NCBI RefSeq assembly: GCF_004010195.1
Contig: NC_057718.1
Coordinates: forward strand, 96,053,609 to 96,094,641
Source of the DNA: Chiloscyllium plagiosum
Taxonomy: Eukaryota
Reading direction: 5' to 3'
Length of the DNA: 41,033 bases
Made by a program: the position numbers and the translations under genes. The notes beneath the pieces were generated by a model. That model saw nothing but the letters and a program-made list of their open reading frames with translations. It made no database searches and was not told the origin of the DNA. The stretch's first letter is position 1, and the number at the start of each line of letters is the position of its first letter. Shown here in pieces: positions 1-10,726 of this stretch.

Positions 1-280
1 AGAATTAGAGGGGGTAAATTCAGAACAGAAATGCGGAGACATTTCTTCAGCCAGAGAGTGGTGGGCCTGTGGAATTCATTGCCGCAGAGTGCAGTGGAGG
101 CTGGGACGCTAAATGTCTTCAAGGCAGAGATTGATGAATTCTTGATTGTCACGAGGAATTAAGGGCTATGGGGAGAATGCGGGTAAGTGGAGTTGAAACG
201 CCCATCAGCCATGATTGAATGGCGGAGTGGACTCGATGGGCCGAATGGCCTTACTTCCACTCCTCTGTCTTATGGTCTTA
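1..280 (+). mobile_element. CR1-clade LINE 3' end (ORF2 C-terminus, 3' UTR, TCTTATGG-type tail), cut by window start
   Basis: Frame 1 reads RIRGGKFRTEMRRHFFSQRVVGLWNSLPQSAVEAGTLNVFKAEIDEFL, the typical CR1 ORF2 end; followed by gatgggccgaatggcct and tail tcttatggtctta. Confidence 0.9.
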
Positions 281-344
281 AAACTGCTTTGAAGATGGTG
301 CCTTGTTTTGGTGACATTGTTACACTGTAACTAATCTTGTTAAC

Positions 345-462
345 TGAAGGAACTGTACCTGGGAACGTTTACACACAAGATGGCACTCTAAGTGGCAACT
401 TATAAACTTTGCATTTGAATACATGTGACAATAAAACTAATTCAGTTCAATTCAATTCAACT
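345..462 (+). mobile_element. LINE-type 3' end with (ATTCA)n tail (Rex1/Babar-like; family uncertain)
   Basis: tacatgtgacaataaaactaattcagttcaattcaattcaa; related tgacaataaa-type termini occur on the minus strand at ~3835-3860 and 8547-8580. Confidence 0.55.
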
Positions 463-499
463 CAAGTCAATTCTTCATCACCTTTGTTTTGTGCTGAAC

Positions 500-750
500 A
501 GATTTAACTTCTCTCTGCAACTGGAAAAAGGTTCCCTTTCTTCAACACATCAAAATCCTTCTATGGCTTTGAACATTTCCATCAAAAGTCTTCTTCTTAA
601 CTTCCTCAGCTTCTCCAATCTCTCCACATTAACTTAAGTCCAGGTATAACTTTCCCAATAGCATTCCAGTAAATCTCTTCGGAACCATCCCTCAGGCTTT
701 GACATGCATCTTGAGGTACGGTGCCTGGATTTGAACCACATACCCTGGCT
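500..750 (-). mobile_element. Old, degraded CR1 ORF2 fragment
   Basis: Degenerate similarity to the CR1 C-terminal region (agtaaatctcttcggaacc..., ggtgcctggatttgaaccacatac) seen in better copies at 16850-16940. Confidence 0.45.
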
Positions 751-1240
751 AATTGAGGCATTTAAATATTCAGCAGCAGCACGCAGGTATTGGGAATCAG
801 AAAGAAAATCAGTAACATGCTGAGAATGGATAGTGGGTTAATCTGGACTGGAAAAGAACGATGGATAACTCTGTCTGCATACAACCCATTATCGGGCTCA
901 GAATGGAAGCCTATTGCTAAACCTGATGTTGGGTGAGAAATTAAAATCTTGTTCTAAGTTATGCACTTGGCTCAGATTTTCATTTGTTGTGCAAATAGTC
1001 GCTTAAATGAAGTACAGACAGGAAAATGGGACCCTATCTTGAGGGATTGAGGGTGATTTAGCAGCTCGGATTAGAAACTGGCTTTCTGAAAGAAGGCAGC
1101 GAGTGGTAGTTGATGGAAAATATTCAGCCTGGAGTCCGGTTATTAAATGACTTAGACGCAGGCATAGGTGATGGATTAGTAAATTTGCAGATGACACTAA
1201 AGTCGGTGGAGTAGTGGACAGTTTGTAAGAATGTTACAGG

Positions 1241-1828
1241 TTGGAAGGGGACTTGGATCAACTGCAGAATTGGGCTAAGAATTGGCAAATGGAGTTCAAT
1301 GCAGATAAATGTGAGGTGATGCACTTTGGGAAGAATAACAGGAAGGCAGAGTACTGGGTCAATGGAAAGATTCTTGGTAGTGTGGATGTGCAGAGGGACC
1401 TTGGAGTCCATGTACATAGATCCCTGAAAGTTGCCACCCAGGTTGATAGTGCTGTTAAGAAGGCATACGGTGTGTTAGGTTTTATTGGTAGAGGGATTGA
1501 GTTCCGGAGCCATAATGTCATGCTGCAACTTTACAAAATGTTAGTGCGGCTGCACTTGGAATACTGTGTACAGTTCTGGTCGTCATATTTCGGGAAGGAT
1601 GTGAAAGCATTGGAAAAGGTACAGAGAAGATTTACCAGGATGATGCCTGGTCTGGAGGGAAGGTCTTATGAGGAAAGGCTGAGAGACTTGAACCTGTTCT
1701 CATTGGAAAGAAGAAGGCTAAGAGGAGATTTGATAGAGACATACAAGATGATCAGAGGATTAGATAGGGTAGACAGTGAAAGTCTTTTTTCTAGGATGAT
1801 GATGTCAGCTTGTACGAAGGCGACATAA
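1241..1828 (+). pseudogene. CR1 ORF2 remnant (region C-terminal to the RT catalytic motif), 195 aa
   Basis: WQMEFNADKCEVMHFG, RDLGV, LYKMLVRLHLEYCVQFWS and FSLERRRLRGDLIETYK are CR1 ORF2 hallmarks; upstream frame has a stop, a frameshift and a deletion of the QGSVLGP motif. Confidence 0.9.
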
Positions 1829-1856
1829 CTACAAATTGAGGGGTGATATATTTAAC

Positions 1857-2144
1857 ATTAGATTACTTACAGTGTGGAAGCAGGCCCGTTGGCCCAACAA
1901 CTCCACACTGACCCTCCGAAGAGCAACCCACCCAGACCCATTCCCCTACACCTAACATTACCGGCAATTTAGCAAGCCAATTCACCTAACCTGCACATTT
2001 TTTTTGGACTATGGGAGGAAACTGGAGCAAACTCACGCAGACACAGGGAGAATGTACAAACTCCACACAGGCAGTTGCCTGAGGCTGGAATTGAACCCAG
2101 GCCTTTGGCGCTGTGAAGCAGCAGTGCTAACCACTGTGCCACCC
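1857..2144 (-). mobile_element. HE1-type tRNA-derived SINE nested in CR1
   Basis: Reverse strand: ggtggcacagtggttagcactgctgc (A box)...gggttcaattcc (B box)...ctgtgtggagtttg core...cactgtaagtaatctaat tail. Confidence 0.92.
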
Positions 2145-3719
2145 ACAAGACAGATGTCAGAGGCAGGTTCTTTACTCAGAGAAGGGCGTGGAATGCCCTA
2201 CCTGCCAACGTAGTTAACCTAGCCACATTAGGGAGATTTAAACAATCCTTGGATAAGCACAGATTTAAAAGAACATTATTAGTAATTTTTACGTGTTTAG
2301 AATTTAAGTTTAAAAGTGTAGAATAGTGATAAGAAATGTTCTGCTGTAGGGATCTCACAAGGAGTCGCACAGTGTTGGTGCCATGTTGGATCTCAGTCAG
2401 CATTTTGTATTTTGATACTGGCCTGACTGAGTAGGGGAACTGGATGGATTGATTCTCACCGTTTCATGTGCAACCCTTGTTTAGTCCCACTCTTAAGTTA
2501 ACAAAATGTGCTGCTTACAAAGAGCTCCTGACTAGTTTACTCAGCAATGAGGGGATGCTTATTGTGATCAGTCACTTTAAGAATCACAAAACTGGCCAAG
2601 TGACACCATAGGCTGAAGGCCAGCTCTACTCAAAGGTTTTAAACTTTGCTGGCTGAATATAGATGGATTGATCGATGGAGAGATTTACTTCATGTGGGAG
2701 AGTATATATCACACACTCAGGAAGGACACAGCTTTATAGCCCATGAACACCATTGCGTGCATGAGAATTTCCGTATTTAGATGAAATGTACTTCTTTAGT
2801 AATCACATATCATCCTGTTGTATCCCTCTGTATATTAATGTCCAGAGAATTGTGTAGTTGCAAACACTCTGTCGTTCATCATTCTGATTAAAAATCCTCT
2901 CTTTCCTATTCTTGGTAGGTGGGAGGGAAAATGATTTCTTCTTTTTCTGAAAGAAAAGAGCTTGAAATTTGCTGTGGAACTTACAGTGCACTCATTTGCA
3001 CACCACGCACACATATTTTCTGCTCTCTGACAGGGGGATGTCTTTGACAAAAGTGAGCAGAATCCAAGGAGCGAATGTTTATCAGCTTCCATAAACAGAT
3101 CAGCTTAATCCTCCGATTGTAGACTCCGTCCAATTCTCAAACCCAAAATGTTTGCTGTGTCCCATCCCTGCCTGCAGCTGCTTACTTTTTGACTCCACTC
3201 GGAGCAAATAATTTTGCAGCCTAAAATTGTTCAGCCATCCTTTTATACCTAATACAAAACCACTCATCAGCGAGATTAAATGGTAGACTAATTACCAGTG
3301 TTTAGGGAGCAGCAAACTATTTCTGCCCACAAAGTTAAAAGGGCCTGCAGTGTATCAGCAGCACTAATAGAGCAGCTAATATCAGGGTGGTAACTGCAGT
3401 GGACCACATGAAGCCGATAGGAATCCACACTGGACAGTAAAAGTGCAGCAAATTCACAGAACTGTCTGGACATGGCGTGTTAAAAAAAAGTAACATGCAC
3501 ATCACTTTACTGAAATAACCTGTTTGTCACAGCAGAGGGTGGGAGAGTGTCCAGACAGAAAATGTTGCTCCGAGGTTAGAGGACAGAATTTGCCACTCAG
3601 TCCTTTTCCTTGAACAAACAATGTGTTAAAATGCAATGTGGTTCTATCCCTCTCCCAGTGGACACTTGGGCTCCAAGGTATAAAACACAAAACTTGAGGG
3701 GTGGAACCACAACAAAAAT

Positions 3720-4247
3720 CAGTCAATGTAGATTTAAAGTGGCATGCCAAGGGGGCGATGTGGTGAGAAAATTCCTTTACACACAAGTCATTAGGATACA
3801 GAATGCGCTGTCTGGATGTGTGGTTCAAGCAGGTTAATTTGATTTGATTTACTACTGTCAAATCATTGTGTTATGGAGATGTACAGCACAGAAACAGACC
3901 TTTCGGTCTAACTTGTCATACGTGTACTGAGGTACAGTGAAACGCCTGTAAATCTGCTTTACAGACCGATCGTACTATACAAGTGCATCAGGGTAACAGA
4001 ACAGAGTGCAGGATACAGTGTTACAGCACCTGAGAAGGTGCAGATAGAGATCAACATTAACATTAAAGAGGTCCATTCAAAAGTCTGATAATAGATAATT
4101 GAGACATTCAAGAGGACACAGGATGGTGGTTTGGATAGAAATGATGGGCAGGGATATGGGGAAAGCCAGGAGATTGGCACGCATATAACTGGTGCACACA
4201 TGATGGGCTGAATGGCCTATTTCTCTGTAACAATTCTGTCATTCTGA
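3720..4247. mobile_element. Three-level nest: old CR1 3' end (+, ~3720-3835 and ~4095-4247) split by a LINE 3' end (-, ~3835-4095) that carries a short CR1 tail (-, ~3862-3920)
   Basis: Outer CR1 reads ...aatgcgctgtctggatgtgtggttcaagcagg | ataattgagacattcaagagg...tgatgggctgaatggcct; inner gatgtacagcacagaaacagacc matches the CR1 tails at 8593 and 12661. Confidence 0.65.
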
Positions 4248-4304
4248 GCATAGATGTGACACTTTAACTCCATAAGATGTTCAAAGCTCTTTACTGAATC
4301 AATA

Positions 4305-4572
4305 ACAAACAAAGTTTGATACTGGACCACAGAAGGAGATATTAGGACAATGGACGGGGTCAATGATGTGGGTTTTAAGGAGTGTCCTAAGAGGGATGAG
4401 TAATGAGAGAGGCAGATAGACTCAGAGGTTCACAGATGGAGCTCTGGGGCTAAGTGTAAAGGCAGCTGAGACTCGGCCACGGATGGAAGTGCAATTAAAG
4501 TAATCAGAATTAGAGGAGCCCAGGTATTTCCAATGGTTGTCAGGGTGGAGGAGATTACAGAGCTCAGGAGAT
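4305..4572 (-). mobile_element. L2-like LINE 3' fragment
   Basis: gatattaggaca...ggttttaaggagtgtcct...aggcagctgag...gggtggaggagattacagag resembles vertebrate L2 3' regions (from memory). Confidence 0.5.
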
Positions 4573-4704
4573 ACTTTCACCCTGGAAAAGATCAGTTTGC
4601 TTAGCATCATGCATTTGATCCAGAAAGCCTTCAAAGGTATTTCATAGAGTAAAGAGAGATAGTGGTAGGAGAACAGTGGAAGTTTACCAAGACACATGAT
4701 CATT

Positions 4705-5110
4705 AGAGTCAAAAGAAGGAGTAGATCCCTCTGCCTTTCAAGCCTGTTTTGTCATTCAGTAAGATCACAGCTGATCCATTTTCTCCACGTTTCTGCTTGC
4801 CTCTGATAACCAGTCACCTCCTCGCTTTTCAGGAATCTATCTACCTCTGTTTTAGAGATATTCAAAGACACTGCTTCCACAGTCTTTTGAGGAAGAGAAT
4901 CCAAAGATTTACAACTTGCTGTGAGGAATTATTTGTTCCTCATCCCTGTCTTAAATGGTGACCTCTTACTTTTAAACTTTGACTTCCTGGTTCTGGACTT
5001 CTGCGCAAGAGGAAACATCCTTGCCAAGTCCATCCTGTCCAGCAGCTTCAGCATCTTATGTTTGTCAATCAAGTCATCGCTTCCTCTTCTAAGCTCCAAC
5101 AGGTATAAAC
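4705..5110 (-). mobile_element. CR1 3' fragment
   Basis: ORF 4929-5165(-) contains LELRRGSDDLIDKHKML...DRMDLARMFPL...SRTR...FKTGMRNK, a degenerate CR1 ORF2 end. Confidence 0.8.
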
Positions 5111-5423
5111 TTAGTTTTGCTTCACCTTTGCATGTGGGATAAAAGTCACATTTCAGGTATGACACAAATACACAAGAGTTTCAGGGCCATGGTAAGGTGT
5201 GAAAGGTCTGGAGTTGGGGGAGGGCTTGGTTACTGAGGTAAGACTAGGCTCCAGTTATTCAAGGGGCACCACCACAGCCAGTCCAGGTGCTGGGTTATAT
5301 CTAGTCCAAGGGGTTGGTCATGGTCAGTCGGGCAGTTCATCCAATGCAAGACTGAGAAATGATTCCATTTCAGTCTGGAATTTCGGCCACAGTCATTCCT
5401 GACAGTCAGGTGAAAGCAGGCTG

Positions 5424-5552
5424 GGAGAAAGTGAGGACTGCAGATGCTGGGGATCAGAGCTTAAAAATGTGTTGCTGGAAAAGCGCAGCAGGTCAGGCAG
5501 CATCCAAGGAGCAGGAGAATCGACGTTTCGGGAATGCGCCCTTCTTCAGGAA
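5424..5552 (-). mobile_element. Penelope-like terminal fragment with hammerhead motif; flanked by direct repeat gaaagcaggctggg
   Basis: Near-identical to the PLE terminus at 30959-31082; direct repeat at 5412-5425 and 5556-5569. Confidence 0.85.
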
Positions 5553-5553
5553 C
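5518..5553 (-). ncRNA. Minimal type I hammerhead ribozyme motif
   Basis: Reverse strand ttc-CTGAAGA-agggcgcattccc-GAAA-c-GTC-gatt: CUGANGA core, stem II, GAAA, palindromic ACGU in place of stem III, GUC cleavage triplet. Confidence 0.65.
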
Positions 5554-6113
5554 CAGAAAGCAGGCTGGGGCCTGCTGGGTAATGAGTAAGGGGGTCATCC
5601 TTCAAATTCAGTCGGGACACAGTCAGTCAGGACTCAGATGCTCTGTAATCCAAGGACTTATTTAGCGTCAGTCTGTGGCATTGGCAAGGCTGTGGGGAGC
5701 TCGGGTCTGAGGATTGATTTGTCACAGGAGTGGGTGAAATCAGGGTAAATACAAGGAAGGGGTGGGCCTTTGCCAGGACCATAGGAACCTGTGACCAAGC
5801 AGAAGGTAACCTTTGATTTGGTAAGAGGGGCAACATATGAACTTTGACTTCATTTCCAATTTAGCTTGAAGTCAGCCATGTATCATTAACACAATGGAAT
5901 GGACCCCAGTGGAATTTTAGTCAGTAACCCACGAAAATTGCCTGATGATTGTGGAGGTATTGATCAATCTTTTGTGGTAGACGCATCCTTGTTGGCACAG
6001 TTTAGGGTTTGGCTGCAGTAGAGTGGTTGGATATGTTGCAAACTCACACTAATTCTCTCTTACAACACTGGTTGCACAGTAAAAGGGGTGAAGTCCTAAA
6101 TAAGCTGCAACAA

Positions 6114-6409
6114 GGGCAGCATGGTGGCTCAGTGGTTAGCACTGCTGCCTCACAGCACCAGGGCCCCACGTTTGATTCCAGCCTCGGGCACATTCTCCCC
6201 GTGTCTGCGTGGGTTGCCTCCAGGTGCTCTGGTTTCCTCCCACAGTCCGAAGATGTGCAGGTTGGGGTGGATTGGCCAGGCTAAATTGTCCATAGTGTGT
6301 TAGGTGCATTAGTCAGTGGGTCTGGGTGGGTTACTCTTTGGAGGGTCAGGGTGGACTTGTTGGGCCGAAGGACCTGTTTCCACCCTGTAGGGAACCTAAT
6401 CTACTCTAA
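6114..6409 (+). mobile_element. HE1-type SINE
   Basis: ggtggctcagtggttagcactgctgcctcacagc head; gtggacttgttgggccgaagg...ctaatctactctaa tail. Confidence 0.92.
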
Positions 6410-6618
6410 ACAAAAAGTTCTTGGAATACAACTAATGGTCCTCAGGGAATGCAGCAGTACAGCTGTGCAAGGGGACATTACTGTAAAATGTCCACAGGTT
6501 GATGAAATAATAACTAATACCTGCGTCGCTATTTACAACCAAAGACCAAATGCAAGATCATGCAAACTGGTTAAGTGGACTCAATAACAAGGCCACAGAG
6601 TTATTAAATAGCCTTGTG

Positions 6619-7235
6619 GGAGGCACGGTGGCTCAGTGGTTAGCATTGTTGCCTCACAGCGGGTTCATGTCGGACAACTGTCTGTGTGGAGTTTGCACGT
6701 TCTCCTTGTGTATGCATGGGTTTTCTCCAGCTTCCCCCCCACAATACAAACCTGTGCAGGCCAGGTGAATTGGCCATGTTAAATTGCCCATAGTGTTCAG
6801 TGCATTCGTCAGGGTTAAATATAGGGTGGGGGAATGGGACTCTTCAGAGGGTCAGTGTGGACTTTTTAGTTTAGATTAGATTCTCCACAGTGTGGAAACA
6901 GGCCCTTTGGCCCAACAAGTCCACACCGACCCTCCGGGGAACAACCCATCCCCCTCTGATTAATGCACCTAACAGTATGGGCAATTTAGCATGGCCAATT
7001 CACCTGAACTGCACATTTTTGGACTGTGGGAGGAAACCAGAGCACCCGGAGGAAACCTACACAGACACAGGGAGAATGTGCAAACTCCACACAGGCAGTC
7101 GCCCGAGGCTGGGATTGAACCTGGGACTCTGGTGCTGTGAGGCAGCAGTACTAACCACTGAGCCACCGTGCTGCCCTAAACTTGTTGGGCTGAAGGGCCT
7201 GTTCCATACTGTAGGGAATCTAAGGATCTAATCCA
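6619..7235 (+). mobile_element. HE1-type SINE (host) split by an antisense HE1 copy
   Basis: Head at 6619; ...gtcagtgtggactt breaks at 6864 and resumes acttgttgggctgaagggcctg at 7180. Confidence 0.88.
6865..7176 (-). mobile_element. HE1-type SINE nested in HE1
   Basis: Full head-core-tail on the minus strand; actt duplicated at 6861-6864 and 7180-7183. Confidence 0.92.
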
Positions 7236-8294
7236 AGGTTTGTGGTAGTAAAAAACATTACGTTGACATTTTTGTGTCTTGCACTCATCAGGACATTTCA
7301 CAAGAATGCCAAGCCAAAGTTTTGAAAATGCCCTGATGAGTGTGAAACGTAAAGCTTCCACAAAATATGTCCCTTTTCAGCAACTGGCATTTTAGTGGAC
7401 AGAGGGCCACTGAAAACAACTGGCAGGGACTATGTCTTTCTAAGTAATGATGAGAATCAGCACTTTTCAGAAGACTGATCTCCATGCTGTATGCCAAATA
7501 GAGAAAAGGTCGAAAGAAATTGGCTGGCATGCTGAGTGGAAGCTGGTTCTGCTGCAAACTGTATGACGCAGAAAAAGGCCTGTACTTTGGTACAGGGAGG
7601 CTGATAAATAGCCGAAGTATACCAATTTCAGATCTCAATCAGAAATGTTCTCGTGAGCGCATTCAGCATGTAACTAAAAGGCCTAAATTAAAGGGAACAC
7701 CCTCCACATTGAGTACATGCAGAGACGAATGAACAGGGGAAAAGACTTCCAATTAGGATTGACATGTATGATAGCAGCTGGCAGTTCCTAGCTGAGCATA
7801 ACACAATATTTGGTACAACAAATACAATTCCTTATGACATGATAGTGGTGACCTTCAGCAATTAGAAAACGGGATTAAAATAGTTAGGTGATTGTCCATG
7901 ACCTGTGCAAACTTGATGGGTCAAAGGACCTTACTCTGTTCTGGCTCTATAATTAGAATGAACGTGGTAACACAACACTGATCATAATTGGTGCAAGTTT
8001 ATAAACAACTTCATTCTAATTAAACTTAAGAAATGAAAGCAAGATATTTTAGAGACAGAGGTGATTGATGATCAGATATTGGTTAAACCTGCAGAATCTG
8101 AGACATTACTTTGTAGAATGCAAGGAAAAGCTGGAGAGCCTAAGGGGTAGTATTGGTAGGGGAATTGAGGGGCCACATGGCGTGATTTATCCTAGGAAAG
8201 GGAAGGTCCCATACAGTGTGGCCTGTCCTGGAGAAGAGGAGGCTCCGACACAGAGTGATTTCTCCTGCAACTTGGTTGGGATGGCCCTGATTAG

Positions 8295-8472
8295 TTGAGA
8301 GTGTGTTGCTGGAAAAGCACAGCAGGTCAAGCAGCATCCGAGGAGCAGGAAAATCAAATGAAGCCTGAAACATCGATTTTCCTGTTCCTCGGATGCTGCC
8401 TGACCTGCTGTGCTTTTCCAGCAACACACTCTCAACTCTGATCTCCAACATCTGCAGACCTCACTGTCTCCA
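8295..8472. mobile_element. Palindromic Penelope-derived mini-element
   Basis: ttgagagtgtgttgctggaaaagcacagcaggtca... is inverted against ...tgacctgctgtgcttttccagcaacacactctcaa; 9-bp TSD cctgattag at 8286-8294 and 8477-8485. Confidence 0.85.
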
Positions 8473-8546
8473 TGATCCTGATTAGCCTGACTATATTTAG
8501 TGGCTGAGGAATGGTCACACTGAAAGGGACAATTGCAGACCATAAG

Positions 8547-9677
8547 ATTTAGAATTTAGAATTTGAAATTTATTGTCATATAGAGTCATAGAGATGTACA
8601 GCACAGAAACTGACCCTTCGGTCCAACTTGTCCATGCTGACAAAATATCCCAACCTAATCTAGTCCCATTTACCAGCACTTGGCCCATATCCCTCCAAAC
8701 CCTTCCTATTCATATACCAATCCAGATGCCTTTTAAATGTTGCAATTGTACCAGCCTCCACCACTTCCTCTGGCAGCTCATTCCATACATACACCACCCT
8801 TTGTATGAAAACGTTGTCCCTCAAGTCACTTTTATATCTTTCCCCTCTCACCCTAAACCTATGCCCTCCAGTTCTGGACTCCTCTACTGCAGGGAAAAAA
8901 AACCTTGTCTATTTATCCTATCCATGCCCCTCATGATTTTGTAAACTTCTATAAGGTCATCCTTCAGCTCCAGGAAAAACAGCCCCAGCCTATTCAACCT
9001 CTCCCTATAGCTCAAACTCTCCAACCCTGGCAACATCCTTGTACTTTTATAATAAAAATACAATGAAAAGTGCTATAAATCGCCCCACTATGGCGCCTAT
9101 ATTAATGACAGAAGTCATAAGTAAACCATAAGATACAAAAAAATTTAAATTTAAGACAAAGTTAATCAAAGTCCATTTAAAGTCTCAAAGATTAAGAGAC
9201 CCAACCGGCATGAGAACATCATTCATGAAATGAATGAAACACCAGAAAAACAGGGCCGAAAGCCTCCGAAGCAAACCGCCGCCAAGGACACCACTTCAAA
9301 CGTCGGATTATCAGGCTGGGGCAGGACCACCAGCCATGGAAGAAAACGACATGCTGGGACATCGGAACACCAGGTTGGACGTGCACGTCGAATCACCATC
9401 GACACCTCATACCGGGACAAACCGCTCCGCCAGAGACCGTTCCACAAGGCCGAGGCCTCTACGTCGGGAATGTCGGAAGCAATCCATCGCACAGGTGAAA
9501 CTCTCGGCTGAAGCAGTTAAATGAAAGTGGTGTGAATTCTGATATTAACTTTATTATCTATACTAATTGGAAACCTTAAAAAAAAGAGAAAGGAAAAGAA
9601 GAATAGTAAGGGCGAATGGAATAGATGAGCAACGAGGGCTCCTGGGTTGAGGAGTGTGTGCACTGTGCTGCCATCTT
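8547..9677 (-). mobile_element. Probable non-autonomous retroelement (aagatggc 5' end, CpG-rich middle, tgacaataaa plus (TTCTAAA)n tail), interrupted by CR1
   Basis: Tail tttagaatttagaatttgaaatttattgtca at 8550-8578 resumes cttttataataaaaatacaatgaaaagtg at 9044; putative 5' end gctgccatctt at 9667-9677. Confidence 0.5.
8578..9043 (-). mobile_element. 5'-truncated CR1 copy with (CTCTATGA)-type tail
   Basis: ORF 8660-8851(-) RGERYKSDLRDNVFIQRVVYVWNELPEEVVEAGTIATFKRHLD. Confidence 0.92.
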
Positions 9678-9843
9678 ATCAGCAAGATGAGAACCCAGTC
9701 AGTTATTGGACGGAGTGGAGAACAGGGCTAGTAAAAAGAATGTCAGAAGTGGTTTCCTTTCTCTTTTCCATGAGCCTTAAGAAAACATAAGCCCTCTTCC
9801 AGAAGGCTGTCTATCTGGAAGCAGTTGCTAACTCTTCTGCTAT

Positions 9844-9942
9844 AGATCACTCGTCAAGTTCTTCCAATATCTCTATTCTCTGTCTCTTGCCACTTAATTA
9901 TTTTTCTAACTGGGGCAACAATTTGTCTTAGGCGAAAGTGAG
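9844..9942 (-). repeat. 99-bp inverted duplicate of 10712-10810
   Basis: Direct base-by-base comparison: 97/99 identical in reverse complement. Confidence 0.95.
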
Positions 9943-10516
9943 GTGTTACCATTGACTATGTCTCATAACACTCAGGATGGGACCTCAAACAAGGCCCTAC
10001 CAACACTAACATAGCATAAGAACAATAATGTTTAGTAATGCACCAAAGAATGACAAAACCCCAGAACCTGTTACTATCATCTCTGGTATTCTCAAGGGTG
10101 TGAAATAGGAATGTTGCAGATGTTAATTGCCACCTTTCAAAGTTTTCTCAATTTACAAGCAATTCCTTTAGTTTGTAATATTGTAAATCTCAATTTTCTA
10201 TTCAGGAGATGTAAGAGTGAAACATGATTGAATCACAACTCACTTAATCTATAGCAGGAAGTTGTTAGGGGCTATAATTAAGTGTGAAGTAAGGGAACAT
10301 CTTGAAGGTTCGCAGAGAGAGCCAGTATGGATTTGATTAAAGGCAGGACATACTTGACAAAAAGTTGAACTTTTGAAGCACTGGTAAAAAGTAGTGGGAG
10401 ATGGGAATAACCCATGAGTATCATTTATCACGGTTTTCAAAAAGCATGAGAGAAAGTCCCAAGTAAAACTCTATTAACTATAGTTCAAACTGATGGCATT
10501 GAAGACCATTTGTTGC

Positions 10517-10726
10517 CAAGAGTGTGGTGCTGGAAAAACACAGCCAGTCAGACAGCGTCCGAGGAGCAGGAAAATCGACGTTTAGGGCAAAAAGCCCTTT
10601 GATGAAGGGCTTTTACCCGAAACATCGATTCTCCTGCTCCTCAGATGCTACCTGACAGGCTGTGCTTTTCCAGCACCACATTCTTGGCTCTAATCTCCAG
10701 GATCTGCAGTACTCACTTTCGCCTAA
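10517..10726. mobile_element. Palindromic Penelope-derived mini-element with fold-back centre in the hammerhead
   Basis: Arms caagagtgtggtgctggaaaa... / ...ttttccagcaccacattcttg; centre gacgtttagggcaaaaagcccttt|gatgaagggcttttacccgaaacatc; imperfect TSD aagaccatttgttgcc / aagacaaattgttgcc. Confidence 0.85.

Larger units (their letters stand above)
1030..2262 (+). mobile_element. CR1/HER1-type LINE fragment (RT C-terminal half), interrupted by a SINE at 1857-2144
   Basis: GIEGDLAARIRNWLSERRQRVVVDG upstream and KFADDTK at 1181-1201; sequence resumes after the SINE with aagacagatgtcagaggcaggttctttactcagaga. Confidence 0.92.

Noticed and set aside
6114..6185. tRNA-like sequences with A and B boxes (also at other SINE heads)
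   Set aside because: They continue into SINE core and tail sequence with no complete cloverleaf; these are SINE heads, not tRNA genes.
6890..7231. Recurrent ORFs such as DCGRKPEHPEETHADTGRMCKLHT and CCWKSAAGQAASKEQENRRFG
   Set aside because: Translations of HE1 SINE and PLE termini, not a host gene family.
9223..9524. Three overlapping 89-96-aa ORFs
   Set aside because: Expected in GC-rich sequence, with no recognisable domain; they lie within a probable non-autonomous repeat.
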